Source: Azolla caroliniana (taxonomy: Eukaryota; Plantae; Polypodiophyta). Taken from it: 64,000 bases of DNA. Every line of letters starts with the position of its first letter. Position 1 is the first letter of the stretch. Under the pieces are notes generated by a model. The model was not told the DNA's origin. It made no database searches and saw only the letters and a list, made by a program, of their open reading frames with translations. The stretch lies in NCBI GenBank assembly GCA_043228905.1, contig JBHGNT010000010.1, forward strand, positions 13,144,001-13,208,000, given 5' to 3'. Both the position numbers and the translations under genes were made by a program. Below, piece after piece: positions 32,501 to 43,751 of this stretch.

Positions 32501-33590
32501 TCAACCACAAGTCTCCTATGCCGGCAATCCGGCACGTACCTTCATTTCCCATCCGAACACAGCCATGCTGACCGGCTGTGTAGGATGAGAAGTATCTCCT
32601 CTCCGGGGTCAGGTGGAACGATGCTCCGGAATCGACCACCCAGGTCGTCTCGTCGCCGGCAACGTTTAGCTCACCTTCTTCGGTGATGAGCATGATTTCT
32701 TCCTCACTCGCCGCTAGTGCCGTTGTTCCTTTCCGGTCCTGCCCTCGCCGATCCGAACCTCTCCGGTCCGTGGCTCCCCGGTATGCACCGTTTCTCTCTG
32801 GTGACTTCTTCGAGTCGGTGTCGTCGGCTCCGTTGTCTTTTCGGTAATGCCGACAATTCTTTCGGAAGTGCCCCGGCTTCCCACAGTGGAAGCATGTGGG
32901 TCTTCCTCTTGACTGCGACCGGGTCCCCGACTTCTCCCGTCTTTGCGGACTCCGGTTCCATTGTCTTCCCCGATCCGATTCGGTAAACAGCATCTTCGGG
33001 TCGGAGGCCGGTTCCTTATCTCTCCGACGCGCTTCTTCATTCAGAATACTTGTCTTTACAGTTTGTAAGGGCAAGTTATCTTCGGTGCACGAGGTGCTGA
33101 GAGTCACCACCAAGTTCTCCCAGCTTTCCGGCAATGTACACATCAGGATGATGGCTTGCATTGCATCCTCCAACGGGAACTTGATCGCCGCAAGCTGATT
33201 CACGAATCCCATGAACGTGCTTACGTGTTCCACCATACTCTCGCCGTCCCGGTACTTGAGATTCACTATCTTCCTCATCAGGGAGGTCCGGTTCAACGCA
33301 TTCTTCCTCTCATAGAGGCCCGACAGCTTCTTCCACATCTCGTATGCGTTGGTGTCGTTCGCCACATGTTGTAGGACGCTTACATCGACGTATTGTCGGA
33401 TCGTCGCTACGGCTTTCCGGTTCAGGAGCTTCCACTCCGACTCAAGTACCCCTTTCGGTATTTCCGACCTGTCAATCGGTTCGTACAGGTCCCGAACAAT
33501 CAGAAGATCCTCCATCTTGATCTTCCAGTCGGCGTAATTCTGTGCATTCAGCACCATCATCATCGGCTGCCCGCTGCCGCCGCCTTCCAT
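29517..33590 (-). CDS. gag-pol polyprotein, 1357 aa (gag, CCHC knuckle, aspartic protease, integrase, RT, RNase H)
   Basis: CFHCGKPGHFRKNC; WVVDSGAS; HKRLCH..CTDC; VHTDV/ADNGGEY/LAER (DDE); QMDVKTAF, LYVDD; FTDSD, STTEAEY, CDSQSA. First in-frame ATG after the PBS is at 33590. Confidence 0.97.
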   Translation of the reverse strand: MEGGGSGQPMMMVLNAQNYADWKIKMEDLLIVRDLYEPIDRSEIPKGVLESEWKLLNRKAVATIRQYVDVSVLQHVANDTNAYEMWKKLSGLYERKNALNRTSLMRKIVNLKYRDGESMVEHVSTFMGFVNQLAAIKFPLEDAMQAIILMCTLPESWENLVVTLSTSCTEDNLPLQTVKTSILNEEARRRDKEPASDPKMLFTESDRGRQWNRSPQRREKSGTRSQSRGRPTCFHCGKPGHFRKNCRHYRKDNGADDTDSKKSPERNGAYRGATDRRGSDRRGQDRKGTTALAASEEEIMLITEEGELNVAGDETTWVVDSGASFHLTPERRYFSSYTAGQHGCVRMGNEGTCRIAGIGDLWLTTPTGCKMLLKNVRHVPEVRLNLISAGRLDDEGYTGSIRNGVMKFSKGNLIVARARKDNTLYLMNARLCPEELNVAADTAGELWHKRLCHMSEKGMKRLAEDNLIPVKHVHLEKCTDCLAGKQNRTSFHSRPPTRRSAPLELVHTDVCQVETKSHGGAQYFVTFIDDHSRKLWTAPLKTKDQVLCVFKELHARVERESGKKLKAIRADNGGEYRGQFQEYCRSKGIRLEFTVPKTPELNGLAERRNRTIMERVRSMLAHAKLPKGFWAEAMSTATYVINRSPSVPLDGDTPQKVWTGKEVSYRHLKVFGCLAYVHVAKDRRGKLDPKTRPCIFLGYGDDEFGYRVWDPVDKKIFRSRDIIFMEDKTLADWESEKKMKSSKSTGEDQLYEEQSRPARDRLALEDPAEDGEETEPAEEDENDTGTGPDPEMDSDEEESEEPVTEAPERRYPLRERRAPRRFRDPEHVLLTDEGEPESFEEAKHDTQSRRWLSAMQDEMDSLHENHTYELVELPKGKRALRNKWVFKLKPGDAGNPTRYKARIVVKGFQQKKGVDFDEIFAPVVKMTSIRTVLSIAASMDLEVEQMDVKTAFLHGDLEEEIYMQQPEGFEKKGKEHLVCRLKKSLYGLKQAPRQWYRKFDSFMTDEGYLKTQSDHCVFVKKFEGGDFLILLLYVDDMLIVGRDQVKIRMLKKALHRTFSMKDLGPARQILGMHIIRDRKKKQLWLSQEKYVTKVLHRFNMSEARPVGSTLPANCKLSSKQSPKTKAEKEDMMKVPYASAVGSLMYAMVCTRPDIGYAVGVVSRYMSNPGKEHWNAVKWILRYLKGTANVYLRFGSGKPELDGFTDSDMSADADTSRSTSGYVMTYAGGAVSWQSRLQKTVALSTTEAEYMAAVEAGKEMIWMKDFIRELGIRQEEYRLYCDSQSAIHLAKNAAYHSRTKHIQRRYHWIRERIEDQEFVLTKIHTDENGSDMLTKVLTPDKLEACRKRIGLERHPMPK

Positions 33591-33619
33591 TTTCTGCAAC
33601 AGTCGCTCTGATACCAGTT

Positions 33620-34229
33620 TGTTGGGAATCAACGCTTGGATTCACCTTCTTCACTCGGCCACAACCGATTAATCGCGGATCAATGTAGCAGAAAATAGGA
33701 AGTACAGAAAAAGACGCGATACACAGGGATTAACGTGGAAAACCCTATACGGGAAAAACCACGGGAGTGCGAGACTCCAAACCAAACTATGCACAGAGAA
33801 ATATACAATGGCGAGCTGCAAGGCATCGACCTTGAGCTCGCTGTCCTCGCCACAGGCGGCGGAAATACACAGAGGCGTCTACCTCTTCGTCTCTCTCTCG
33901 CGCTCTATATCTCTCTCTCACTCACGGCTGCTCTCTCTCTTCACTCCTCTTGAGTGGAAAAACAGAAAAATGATAAGCAACACCAAAACAGTTTGCCCTA
34001 AGTCATATTTATACTTATATGACTTTGGGCTATTTACAACTATAGCCTCAGGGGCCCATAGCGAACATATTACGGGTATGTCCCTGCATCCGAATCGCTC
34101 TCCGGGTACATTCGTCATCCGGCACCGAAACCGGGGTCTTCGTCATCCGGATCCGAAACCGAAACCGGGCTCGTCGTCATTCATCTCCGACTTCCGACCA
34201 TCCCATCCGAAGGGACCGTAATCCCAACA
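33620..34229 (-). repeat. 5' LTR of element C
   Basis: TGTTG..CAACA adjacent to the PBS. Confidence 0.97.
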
Positions 34230-35656
34230 ATGTCTCCGATATATTCGATGGGGTGAGGGGTGTCATTGTCAGTTTCGACGACCCCTGGTTGCTCCGGCTT
34301 TTCCAGAGTTGAGAACCACTCATTGTGATTCGTCATGTGGTTCAATGAGCCCGAATCCACATACCACACCTCGTTCGACCTTGAGGTACTAACCACCATT
34401 GAGCTGGCATTCTGCTTCATTACAAAGGCTGGGTCCATTTCAGCTCGCCTCGAGCCTTTGGCGTAGTGCGATCTCGAACGCCTATATGCGTCTCCTCGAC
34501 TCGATCCAGCTCTGTCTGAATCGGCTCGCTTTTTCCAGCACTTGCTCTCTTTGTGGCCCTTTCGGCCACAGGTCGGTGTGCGTGCTTGTCCACACAACCG
34601 TGTGGTTCTCTTCAACGAAAAGCATCAATTGCAACTCAAAGAATGATGTCGTACTCTCTCTCGTGTGGACCGCTGTCTGGAATGATCTAAACTTCTGTGC
34701 CAATCCTCCTCGATGGTCACGTTGATGGAGGTGAGAGTATCAGATATGTCTTTGATCCGGGAGGTGTAATCAGCCACCGACATGTCTCTTTGCTGGACAT
34801 TGCTCAGCTCCTATCTGAGATGTAGCTTTCTAGCTGTGGTGATTGTGGCGAATATGCTCTTCAGATTTCCCAAGCTTCTTTTGGTGTCTTGGCATCCCGG
34901 ATGTAGCTCAGTAGTTGATCACTGACACTGGATGCAAAGCAGTAGTAAACTCTACTAGCCGACTGTTCCCAAGCTAGAAAATCCCCATGTGTCAAATCCT
35001 GTGCTGCATCATTTGCTCCTACGACATAACTCCAATATCCATGTCCTAACAGGTATTGGTGCATCTTGCATGACGAAGATGCGTAGTTGTTTCTGTCGAG
35101 CTTCTCAGTTGGAAGCGAGCTTCCCATACCTCTGCCCATTTCTCTTCTTACCTATTCTTATTGAGTGTTAGGTCTTGGTTTGTGTTGAAAGCTCTTGTCG
35201 CCAGTAGAGGATGTTCTAACCCTCGCACTCTGATACCATGTAAAGATGAATATGCGGAAGCTAAACAGACCTCAATTGGCTCGGCTGGATAGCCACAGAA
35301 AATACAGAGAATGGAATACACAGACTAGGTGAGAGAGAGAAGAAAACAATACCTTAATTCAAAATAAACTCAATACTTTGTACATACAATGTGCTCTGTG
35401 AGCATTTTTATACAAGTCATTAAAAGGACTGACATAAGTACTAACAAGTACTTCAATGCTCGTACCGAGCTACTGACCTTGACTCCTAAAAATATTCCAA
35501 CGTACTAGACTAGGATTGTAGGCCTCTAACGGCCCGCTGGTTGCACTAAGATCCAAACACCAATCCGGATCTTCGTTACGGACACTGATCCGGACACCGA
35601 TCTTGCTCTTGGCTTATTCAGCCGATTCGGATCATGTTGCGCTTGCTCGGTCAACA

Positions 35657-36457
35657 TTCCCCAACGAGCAAGATTAGAGTCATAACAAGCTCGATTTGAC
35701 CCATTCGGATGTGTGGGGCGCGGAGCAGAACGTGAGCATTGGAGGAAGTCATTACTTTGTAGCCTTCATCGATGACTACACTCAGCACACTTGGGCATGC
35801 TTGATCGAGAAGAAAAGCAAAGTATTCTCCTATTTCCTCAAGATGAAGAGCCTTGCTTAACGGAGACCGGAAGGAAGATCAAGTGCCTCAAGACCGATGG
35901 CGGAAAAGAGTACTTTTCCGACCAGTTCTCAAGCTATTTGCAGAAGGAGGGAATTTGATGCAAGTTCTCTCGTAAATACACACTGGAGCAAAACGGTGTG
36001 GCCGACTAGAAGAATCGAATGATAGCGGAAGTGGCACGGGCAATGCTTGAGGAGAAGCATATGCTGAAGTTTTATTAGGCCGATGGTCAGAACAATCATG
36101 TACCTTCTGAATTGGACATCTACAGCTGGAGGAAAAGTGTTGCCACACAAGTTGTAGTTCAGGAAGAAGTTGAACTTGGCATAGTTAAGGATGTTTAGTG
36201 GCATAACATATGTGCATGCACCTAACGAGAAGCGGAGGAAGCTAGACGTCAAAGACAAGAAGTGTATCGTGGTTGGCTACTCGAATGAGCAGAAGGATTA
36301 TAAGTGTTATAACCCCCAAACAAAATAGGTCCGAGTTAGTCAAGATGCCGTGTTCAATGAATAAGCTTCGTGGTACCTACCTTTCTCTCCAACCCCCATT
36401 AACTCCATTTCAGATTCTAAGGATGAGGCCAGCGAGGCTGATCTGCTCGTTGAGGAA
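35657..36457 (+). pseudogene. Copia family-2 integrase fragment (element I), between the H LTR and element J
   Basis: LDLTHSDVW, FIDDYT, KCLKTDGGKEY, EQNGVA, AMLEEK, KCIVVGY; degenerate. Confidence 0.85.
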
Positions 36458-36579
36458 TGTTGAGCGAACAAGCTTGACCAGATTCGGATCGGCTGAATAA
36501 GCCAGAGCCGGATCAGAGTCCGGAACGAAAAACCGGATCGGTATCCAGAACTAGAAGCTGGATGGGAGAGACAGACCGG

Positions 36580-39500
36580 TGTCGTGGAATCCCACGCTTG
36601 CATGTCGGATCCGGGCGGGACCACCGGGGTGATGGACTAGGAGGGAAGGAGTTTCCGGAAGGCCGAATCCTCCGAAGCCAGCCGCATTGCCGGCCGGATC
36701 GGTTTAGTTTTCGTTCCTCCGCCTCCTTGCACTTCTCTCGGACTCATCGCCGTCCTCCTTCTTGTGCTTCCGCCTCCATCTTCCTTCTGTGTAGTGTTAT
36801 GTTGCCACGTTGGCCAAACTACCGAAGTCTCTGGATAAGATGTGGGGATACGGATTCCGAAACGACTCCCGATGACTTCGTCCGAGGCCACCGACTTGTT
36901 CTTGCTATCAGTGGAAAGAATCTGCTCTATGATCGAGCAAACCCTGCCTAGGCTTGCTTCTCCGATGTCTGGCATTTCGCCTCCGTCTCGAACCTGCCGG
37001 ATTTGTTCTACTCCTTTGCTCATCTGCTTCCCGGTTTTCGACTTTTGCTCAGCCGGTCATTCTCCCTGTGTAAAAGAGGACGGCTCATCCCACACCCTCT
37101 TCCTCTGCCTCGACCATGTCCGTCTTGTTTGTGCGCCCCCTTCCTACTATGATGTTGTGTCGTCGCACACCATCCCCGTTTTCTTTAATGGATGGCCATG
37201 CTCCGCGAGCTGCTCTGAGCTCCTTTCTCCATCGGACGATCGATGCTTCGGCAGAACCTGTGGGACTCTGTCCCCGATGTCGATCGCCGAGGTCTCTAGC
37301 CCGGTGTGCCGTTCTCCGAAATCCTTCCTACACACGCTTCGTTGGCCCCTGCCCGGCCAGTTCGTGCCTCGTCGTTTCTCCACATACTAGTGTCCACCAC
37401 ATCCGAGGAATACCCCGTGTTGGTCCGCTCGGGCCCTTTTGTTCCGCACCGCTTCAACCGGTTCGGTGTCTTTTGCACGGTGCGGTGCAGTGCGACACGG
37501 TGCGACGCTCGACCCCTTTCGTCCCGGTGCGGAGGATCCTTCTTGGGTCTCAAATCCTTCCCAACCCTTTCCTGGGCCTTCCTTCTCCGCAAGTCGAGAG
37601 GATGGATCGCTCCACACCCTCTCCCGTGGTACCGTGTTCATGGCCTCTCTATAGGCCTGCTTCCTCCACCCTTCCGGTTCGGTTGTCTGGAAGTCCGCTC
37701 CCCCCCGTTCTCGTTCGGGCTCATCTGTAACTCTTTGGATTACCGCATCCTGTTCTCCTGCCGCCACCGTCAATATCTTGGTCTTATGTCGGCTCTCGAT
37801 GCCAACCGCCGAAGTCTCTTGCCCAGTGTGAAGTGACCCATAGGACCGGTTTTCATTCATCTGCCTCCTTGCACTTCTCTCGGACTCATCGTCCTCCTCC
37901 TCCTTGTGCTTGTGCCTCCATCTTCCTTCTGCCCAGTGTCACGTTGCCATGTTGGCCCAACTGCCAAAGTCTCCGGATAAGATGTGGGGATATCGATTCC
38001 GAAACGACTCCCAACGACTTCGTCCGAGGCCATAGACTTGTTCGTGCTATCAGTGGAAAAAATCCGCTCTATGATCAAGCAAACCCCGCTTGGGCTTGCT
38101 TCTCCGATGTCCGGCGTTTCGGCTCCATCGCCGAACTCGCCAGATTTGTTCTGCTCCTTCGCTCATCTGCTTCTATGTTTTCGACCTTTGCCCGACCGGT
38201 CATTCTCCCTGTGTAAAAGATGGTGGCTCATCCCGCACCCTCTACCTCGCTTGGTACTATCGTACCTTGATTAGCCTCCGCCTCAACCACACCCGTCTTG
38301 TCCGTGCCCCCCCTTCTCGCTATGACATCATGCCGTCGTACACCATCTCCGTTTTCTTTAATGGATGTCCTGCTCCGTGAGCCGCTCTGAGCTCCTTTCT
38401 CCATCGGACGGTCGATGCTTCGGCGGAACCTGTGGGACTCTGTCCCCGTTGTAACGGTCGACTCCTTTGACCTCTCTCATCTCGATGCGTTGCCTCTCGC
38501 CTCTTCTTCTTGAAGTCTTCGTCTTCCAACTCCATCATGCCTTGCTACTCTTCACATCGGGTTCACCAAAGATGTCGCGGAATCCTGCGCTTGCATGTTG
38601 GATCCGGGTGGGACCACCGGGTTCATGGACCAGGAGGGAAGGAGTTTTCAGAAGGCTGAATCCTCCGGAGCCAGTCGCATTCCTTGCCGGATCAGTTCCG
38701 GATGTTCCTGGAAGCGGCCCGGACTCTTGACGGAAAAGAGTGCGCGCACGCGTATTTAGAAGGCCCTCCTGCCTGTATATACAAGGGCCTCAAAAGCAGT
38801 AGAGGCATCGAGCAACCAAGGTGTCACGAGGGCAACGAAGGCCAGGCGGGCCCAAACGGGAAAGGGTGATCCTATGTGGGTAGCAGCACGAAAAGTTACC
38901 AAGGACACCCAAGCGGGGAGTGGGGTGTCGAGCCGAAAGGGCACACCCGGAAGTGGAACGGAGGACGTGCGCGTGGCCATCGAGGGCCAAGGTAAAGGCA
39001 CAAATACGGGTCAGTGTTCGGCACAGGCGGTGCCGAACAAGGAAGGAAGGAGACGGCACATGGAGTTGCCGAGACGGAAACCGGGCGCAAAACAGGTTGC
39101 TTGGGTCAGTAGCCGGAAACAACATCAAAGGCCGGAGAAGGATCCTCCACACCCGCTTCGGAGATCTCATTGGCTCAGTCGAAGTGGCAACGACTGGCGT
39201 GGCAAGCCAAGCCCGAGATAACAAGCTGGTGGGGGCAAGGGGACGACACGGGTTCCACTCAGTCCGTTGCAACAGCCTGTCGTCACCAAACCGCTAGTCG
39301 GGAGCACACGAGCTCTTCGCGCGAGTGGGGTCTTTCGTGATGGAGAGGAGGCCTCAACACAGGATCTTCGAACACACAACTTGACCTAAGCAATAGCACC
39401 GTGGGACAACAGGGTCACACACACACAAAGATGTAGGGTGGGAAGACAACATACATAGAGAGGAAGAAAGGAGTGAAGATAGTTGCACACTGCTTGCCAC

Positions 39501-39911
39501 AACGAATGCACGCACCCGCATAGTAGACAAACCCTAACAGAGAAACAAAAGGAAAGCAACAACCAAAAGACAGGAAGAAGCAACCCTAGTTTCCTCTCCT
39601 TGACAAAAGAAGTACACAGAGATGAGTAAGAACAAAATCCTATTAATAAGAAGCAAAAATGGAACCCACAAGTAGCCTATGGAACCTCAAAGATTAGGAA
39701 CCCTTTTACTAGGGACGCTCCCTTCCTTTTATAGAACAAGGAGAGGGATGCGTAACAATGTGGGATTCTCATTCCCGAATTAATTACTGTTCGGCACCAT
39801 AAAAGCGCCCCTATCTTAACACATTTTATACAAGTGTAGTGCACATGATGCACTCTGCCGATGCCATTAACTTCCCCGGGTTTCTCACTATGGTCGTGAA
39901 TCTTCACGACA
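36580..39911 (-). mobile_element. Non-autonomous or deleted LTR element K, with tRNA-Trp PBS and 4-bp TSD
   Basis: TGTCGTG..CACGACA termini; TSD CCGG/CTGG; 5' LTR 38573-39911; ~120-bp 3' LTR remnant 36580-36700; internal ~580-bp duplication (about 36706-37276 and 37849-38448). Confidence 0.82.
38551..38568 (-). promoter_or_regulatory. Primer-binding site, tRNA-Trp type, of element K
   Basis: TGGTGAACCCGATGTGAA, 4 nt from the LTR end; complement of the plant tRNA-Trp 3' end (recalled as TTCACGTCGGGTTCACCA) with one CpG change. Confidence 0.8.
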
Positions 39912-42789
39912 CTGGATTGTAACTGGTAGGCCGTTAGAAGCCTACGAATCTAGCCTAGTACGTAGGCATATTTTCTAGTACGTAGGCATATTTTTGGGGG
40001 TTAGTGTCAGTCACTCAAATGAGCATTGAAGTACATGTCAGTACTTTTGTCAATTAAGGACTTGTATAAAAGTGCCGACTGAGCACATTGTATAGATACA
40101 AAGTATTATTATTCTTTTGAATTGAGTTGTGTGTATCTCTCTCTTGTTTAAGGTTTCCATTAAACGTGTGTGTGTATTGTGTTGTTATTTGGCTGAGCCG
40201 ATTTTGTCTTAGATTCCACATATTCACTTTTACATGGTATGAGAGTGCGAGGGTTGAGAACCTCTACAGCCAACGAGCAACTTTTGAAGACAAACCCTAA
40301 TACTTGGTAGAGAACAAGAAACAACGGTTAGAATGGACAGAGGAATGACCAGCTCGCTCCCGACGGAGAAGCTCGACAGATCCAACTACGCATCTTAGTT
40401 GTAGAAGATGCAACTTGTACCTGCTTGAACACAATTATTGGAGTTATGTCGACGGAGCTAACGATACGGCACCTGATGCGCCACAGAGGGACTTCCCGAG
40501 TTGGGAACAAGTGACAAGCAGAGAGTTATGTATTGCTTTGCATCCGGTGTTGACGATCAGTTGTTGAGCCATATCCGGGATGCCAAGACGCCAAAGGAAG
40601 CTTGGGGAAACTTTAAAAAGGTTTTCACTGCAAGCACCATGGCCCAGAAGCTGCAACTCTAATAGGAGTTGAGCAGTGTCCAACAGAGGGACATGTCGGT
40701 GGCTGACTACATGACCCGGATCAAAGATATCTACAACTCACTTGCCTCTATCAATGTAACCATCGAGGAAGATGAGATGGTGCAGGTCTGTGTAGGGGGC
40801 TTGGCGTCAAAGTTCAGAGCATTCCGGATAGCGGTCTGTACAAGGGAGAACACCCCCTCATTTTTCGACCTACAATCAATGCTCCTAGTAGAGGAGAACC
40901 ACGTGGGTGCGTCAACAAGCACGCACACTAAGAACTTGATGTTGTACACGGAGGCGGATCGGCTCGGTGGTTGTGGCAGACGAGGCGAATCGGCACACAG
41001 TGGAAGCGGTCGACAAGAGCAAAATCGGAGGCACAATGATGGTGCCAACAACATTCCGGACCCTCCACAAGCAGGGGGAGTCAAAGTGGCACCGGAAACC
41101 AATAAGAGAAGACCGCAACGGAATGTTGGTACTGTGGCCAGAAGGGCCATAGAGAGTGAGTGCCGAAAGAAGCGCGTTGATTCGGACAAACCCGGATCCG
41201 GCAAGGCCGGATGGGGAAGCCAACAAAGCTCGCATTATGCGGAAGGACTGGAAGGATCCGGTTCCGAAAATGGAAAAGACCCAACCTTTCTGATGAAACA
41301 CAAGGCTAACTCGATGAAGAAAAACACCTCGAAACCGAACGAGGTATGGTACGTTGATTCCAGAGCGTCGAATCATATGACCAGCCACACAAGTGGTTTG
41401 CTTATCTAGAAAAACCGGAACAACCTGGGGTGGTAGAAACCGGAGAGGACGCCCCGCATACCATCAAGCACATTGGAGAAGTTCCCCTCAACCATGTCAA
41501 GCAGAAGGGAAAGCTGATGAATGTCCTGGACATCCTGACAATCACAAAGAATCTTGTGTCAAGTGGACAGATTGTCGATCAAGGGATGTAGGTTTAGTTC
41601 ACACATCTCGAGTGTTTCATCTAAGAAGAGGGCAAAGTCATCATGCAAGGGTGCCGAGATGGTAGGATGTTTATCCTCGAAACAAATGATGTTGGCACCA
41701 CTATGTTCGGGAAAGGGCAGAAGGTCGAGTGGGACATCAACTTATGGTACAAGCGGATCAGGCACATGAGCTTCCAGAAGCTTCAGGAGTTGCAGTCGGA
41801 ACACGTAGTTTTCGGACTGCCGAAGTTTAGTGGCCTGAAAGGCCAAATATGTAAAGCTTGCCAGCTCGGGAAGTAGCATAGGCTTCCATTCCCCAAGGAG
41901 AAGAATCGAAGACGGAACCGGCCTGATCTCATCCATTCAGATGTGTGGGGATCGGCACAAAACGTGAGCATCGGTGGGAGTGGGTATTTCGTCTCCTTCA
42001 TCGACGATTTCACACGGCACACTAGGATCTATCTAATTGATTAGAAAAGCGAAGTCTTCTCATGTTTCCGGGATTTGAAGAACCTTGTCGAACGTGAAAC
42101 CGGAAGAAAGATCAAGTGTCTGAGATCGGATGGCGGACAAGCATAGTTTTTCGGCCAGATCACGAGCTATTTGTAGACGAAGGGAATCCAATGGGAATTC
42201 TCTTGCAGATACATGCCGGAGACGTGGCCGAGCGTCGCAACAGGACGCTGGTGGAAGCAACAAGGGCGATGCTTGAAGAGAAAAGCTTGCCTAAGTTTTA
42301 TTGGTTCAAAGCAATTTGCATAGCCATCTACATCCAGAGTTGGATATCTGCCTCAGGGACAAAGGTGTCGTTGCATGAACTATATCTCGAGTGGAAGCCG
42401 AATTTGGCACACCTTCAGGTGTTCGGTAACATTGCATATGTGCATGTACTCAAGGAAAACCGGAGGAAGTTAGACGCAAAAGACGAAAAGTGAATTCTCG
42501 TTGGCTAATTTGATGAACAAAAGGGTTATAAGTGTTATAACCCCCCATTGAAAGAGGTCCGAGTCAGTCGAGATGTCATTTTTTATGAATCGGCATCTTG
42601 GTACTTCTCTCCACATGAACCCGAGCCGATTGCTATAGATGATGATCTAGTGGAATCTGGACTAGAGAGAAGTGTCGCGGAATCCGAACAGTCGAATAGT
42701 CCAACTTCTCTCCAGATTTCAGTCCAGAGTGAACACATCCGCTATATAGCAATTGAAGATGTCCCTCTACGGACTCAAGCAAGCCCCAC

Positions 42790-42926
42790 TGTCGAGGTAG
42801 TTGTGGTTCGTGTGGAGAAGTCGCGGGGACTAAGGTTAAGGGGAGTTGAAGAAACCTAACTTTTAATAAGGCTTGTATGGTGATGATAGAATGGTTAAGG
42901 ATAGTAAGAAGAAGAGGTACGAGTAA

Positions 42927-42980
<54 letters not shown>

Positions 42981-43751
42981 GAGCATAGATAAAAGATAGA
43001 GACAATGTATGATTAAAGAAAGAAGATTGAGACAAAGTATGATTCTAGAAAGAAGATTGAGACAAAGTATGATTCAAGGAACAAGAGTATGTGATATAAA
43101 CATTCAATGTATATTGAAAGTATAATATTTTACCAACTTTACAATCCTTGATCGCAAACTCTTGATTTGAACCCACGACCTCAACTTCGAAACGAGAGGT
43201 TCTTCACCCAATGAACTAGTCTTCTTTACTTGATTGTATTATTTTCTCACTCTCTCTTGATTGATTTCCTCTTGTTTTCCTTGCCCCTCTTTATCTAAGT
43301 GTTGCCATGCATATGGTAATGTATGGGAGCATGGCATGTATGCAATGCATGAGTTACATGTAATGCATGATCACCATTTGGCGCACATGTATTGCATGTG
43401 ATGCATGGTAGCCATCATGCTCACTTGAGCTCCCATGTATGAAAATAGATATGGGATAAGTATAATGATGAAAAATGCATTCTAAAATAACTAACCTAGC
43501 CTAGTGGTGTATACTTTGTGTTTGGCATACAAGGTTGAGAGTTTAAGTCTCTCAATTGAACTCAATACAATATATAGCTTCATTCTTATATCATGAAGTA
43601 CATTTATTATGAACTCTTACAAATAAATAGTCTAGCCTAGTGGTATGTACATTGTACTTCGTATATAAGGATGTGGGTTCAAGTCTCTCAAATATTATTA
43701 AATACAATATTTAAGCTCATTTTTATATCGTGAAGCACATTCTTCACGACA
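42790..43751. repeat. Solo LTR (element G) with microsatellite, 30-bp and ~136-bp internal repeats, and tRNA-like cassettes
   Basis: TGTCG..CGACA; 4-bp TSD CCAC/CCGC; splits the RT motif YGLKQAP|HAWNAKI of J. Confidence 0.85.

Larger units (their letters stand above)
28897..34229 (-). mobile_element. Intact Ty1/copia LTR retrotransposon, Tnt1/Tork-like (element C)
   Basis: Two 610-bp LTRs (28897-29506, 33620-34229) that look identical; TSD ATGTC; iMet PBS 33605-33616; PPT 29507-29516; uninterrupted ORF. Confidence 0.98.
27927..35656 (-). mobile_element. Copia family-2 element H, 5' half (5' LTR 35239-35656, PBS 35227-35238, gag, protease, integrase), 3'-truncated; host of C
   Basis: Gag SSLPTEKLDRNNYAS; WYVDSG; integrase IHSDVW, EQNGVAE, LRVFGSIAYVH; continuous across the C TSD ATGTC. 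Confidence 0.9.

Noticed and set aside
29532-33611. Many plus-strand ORFs opposite copia gag-pol (also in A, L, M, N)
   Set aside because: Antisense and alternate-frame shadows of a GC-rich coding sequence; they recur only because the elements are homologous.
36562-39380. GC-rich ORFs within K as genes
   Set aside because: Low-complexity ORFs in all frames with no recognisable domains; frames are not preserved between the two internal repeat copies.
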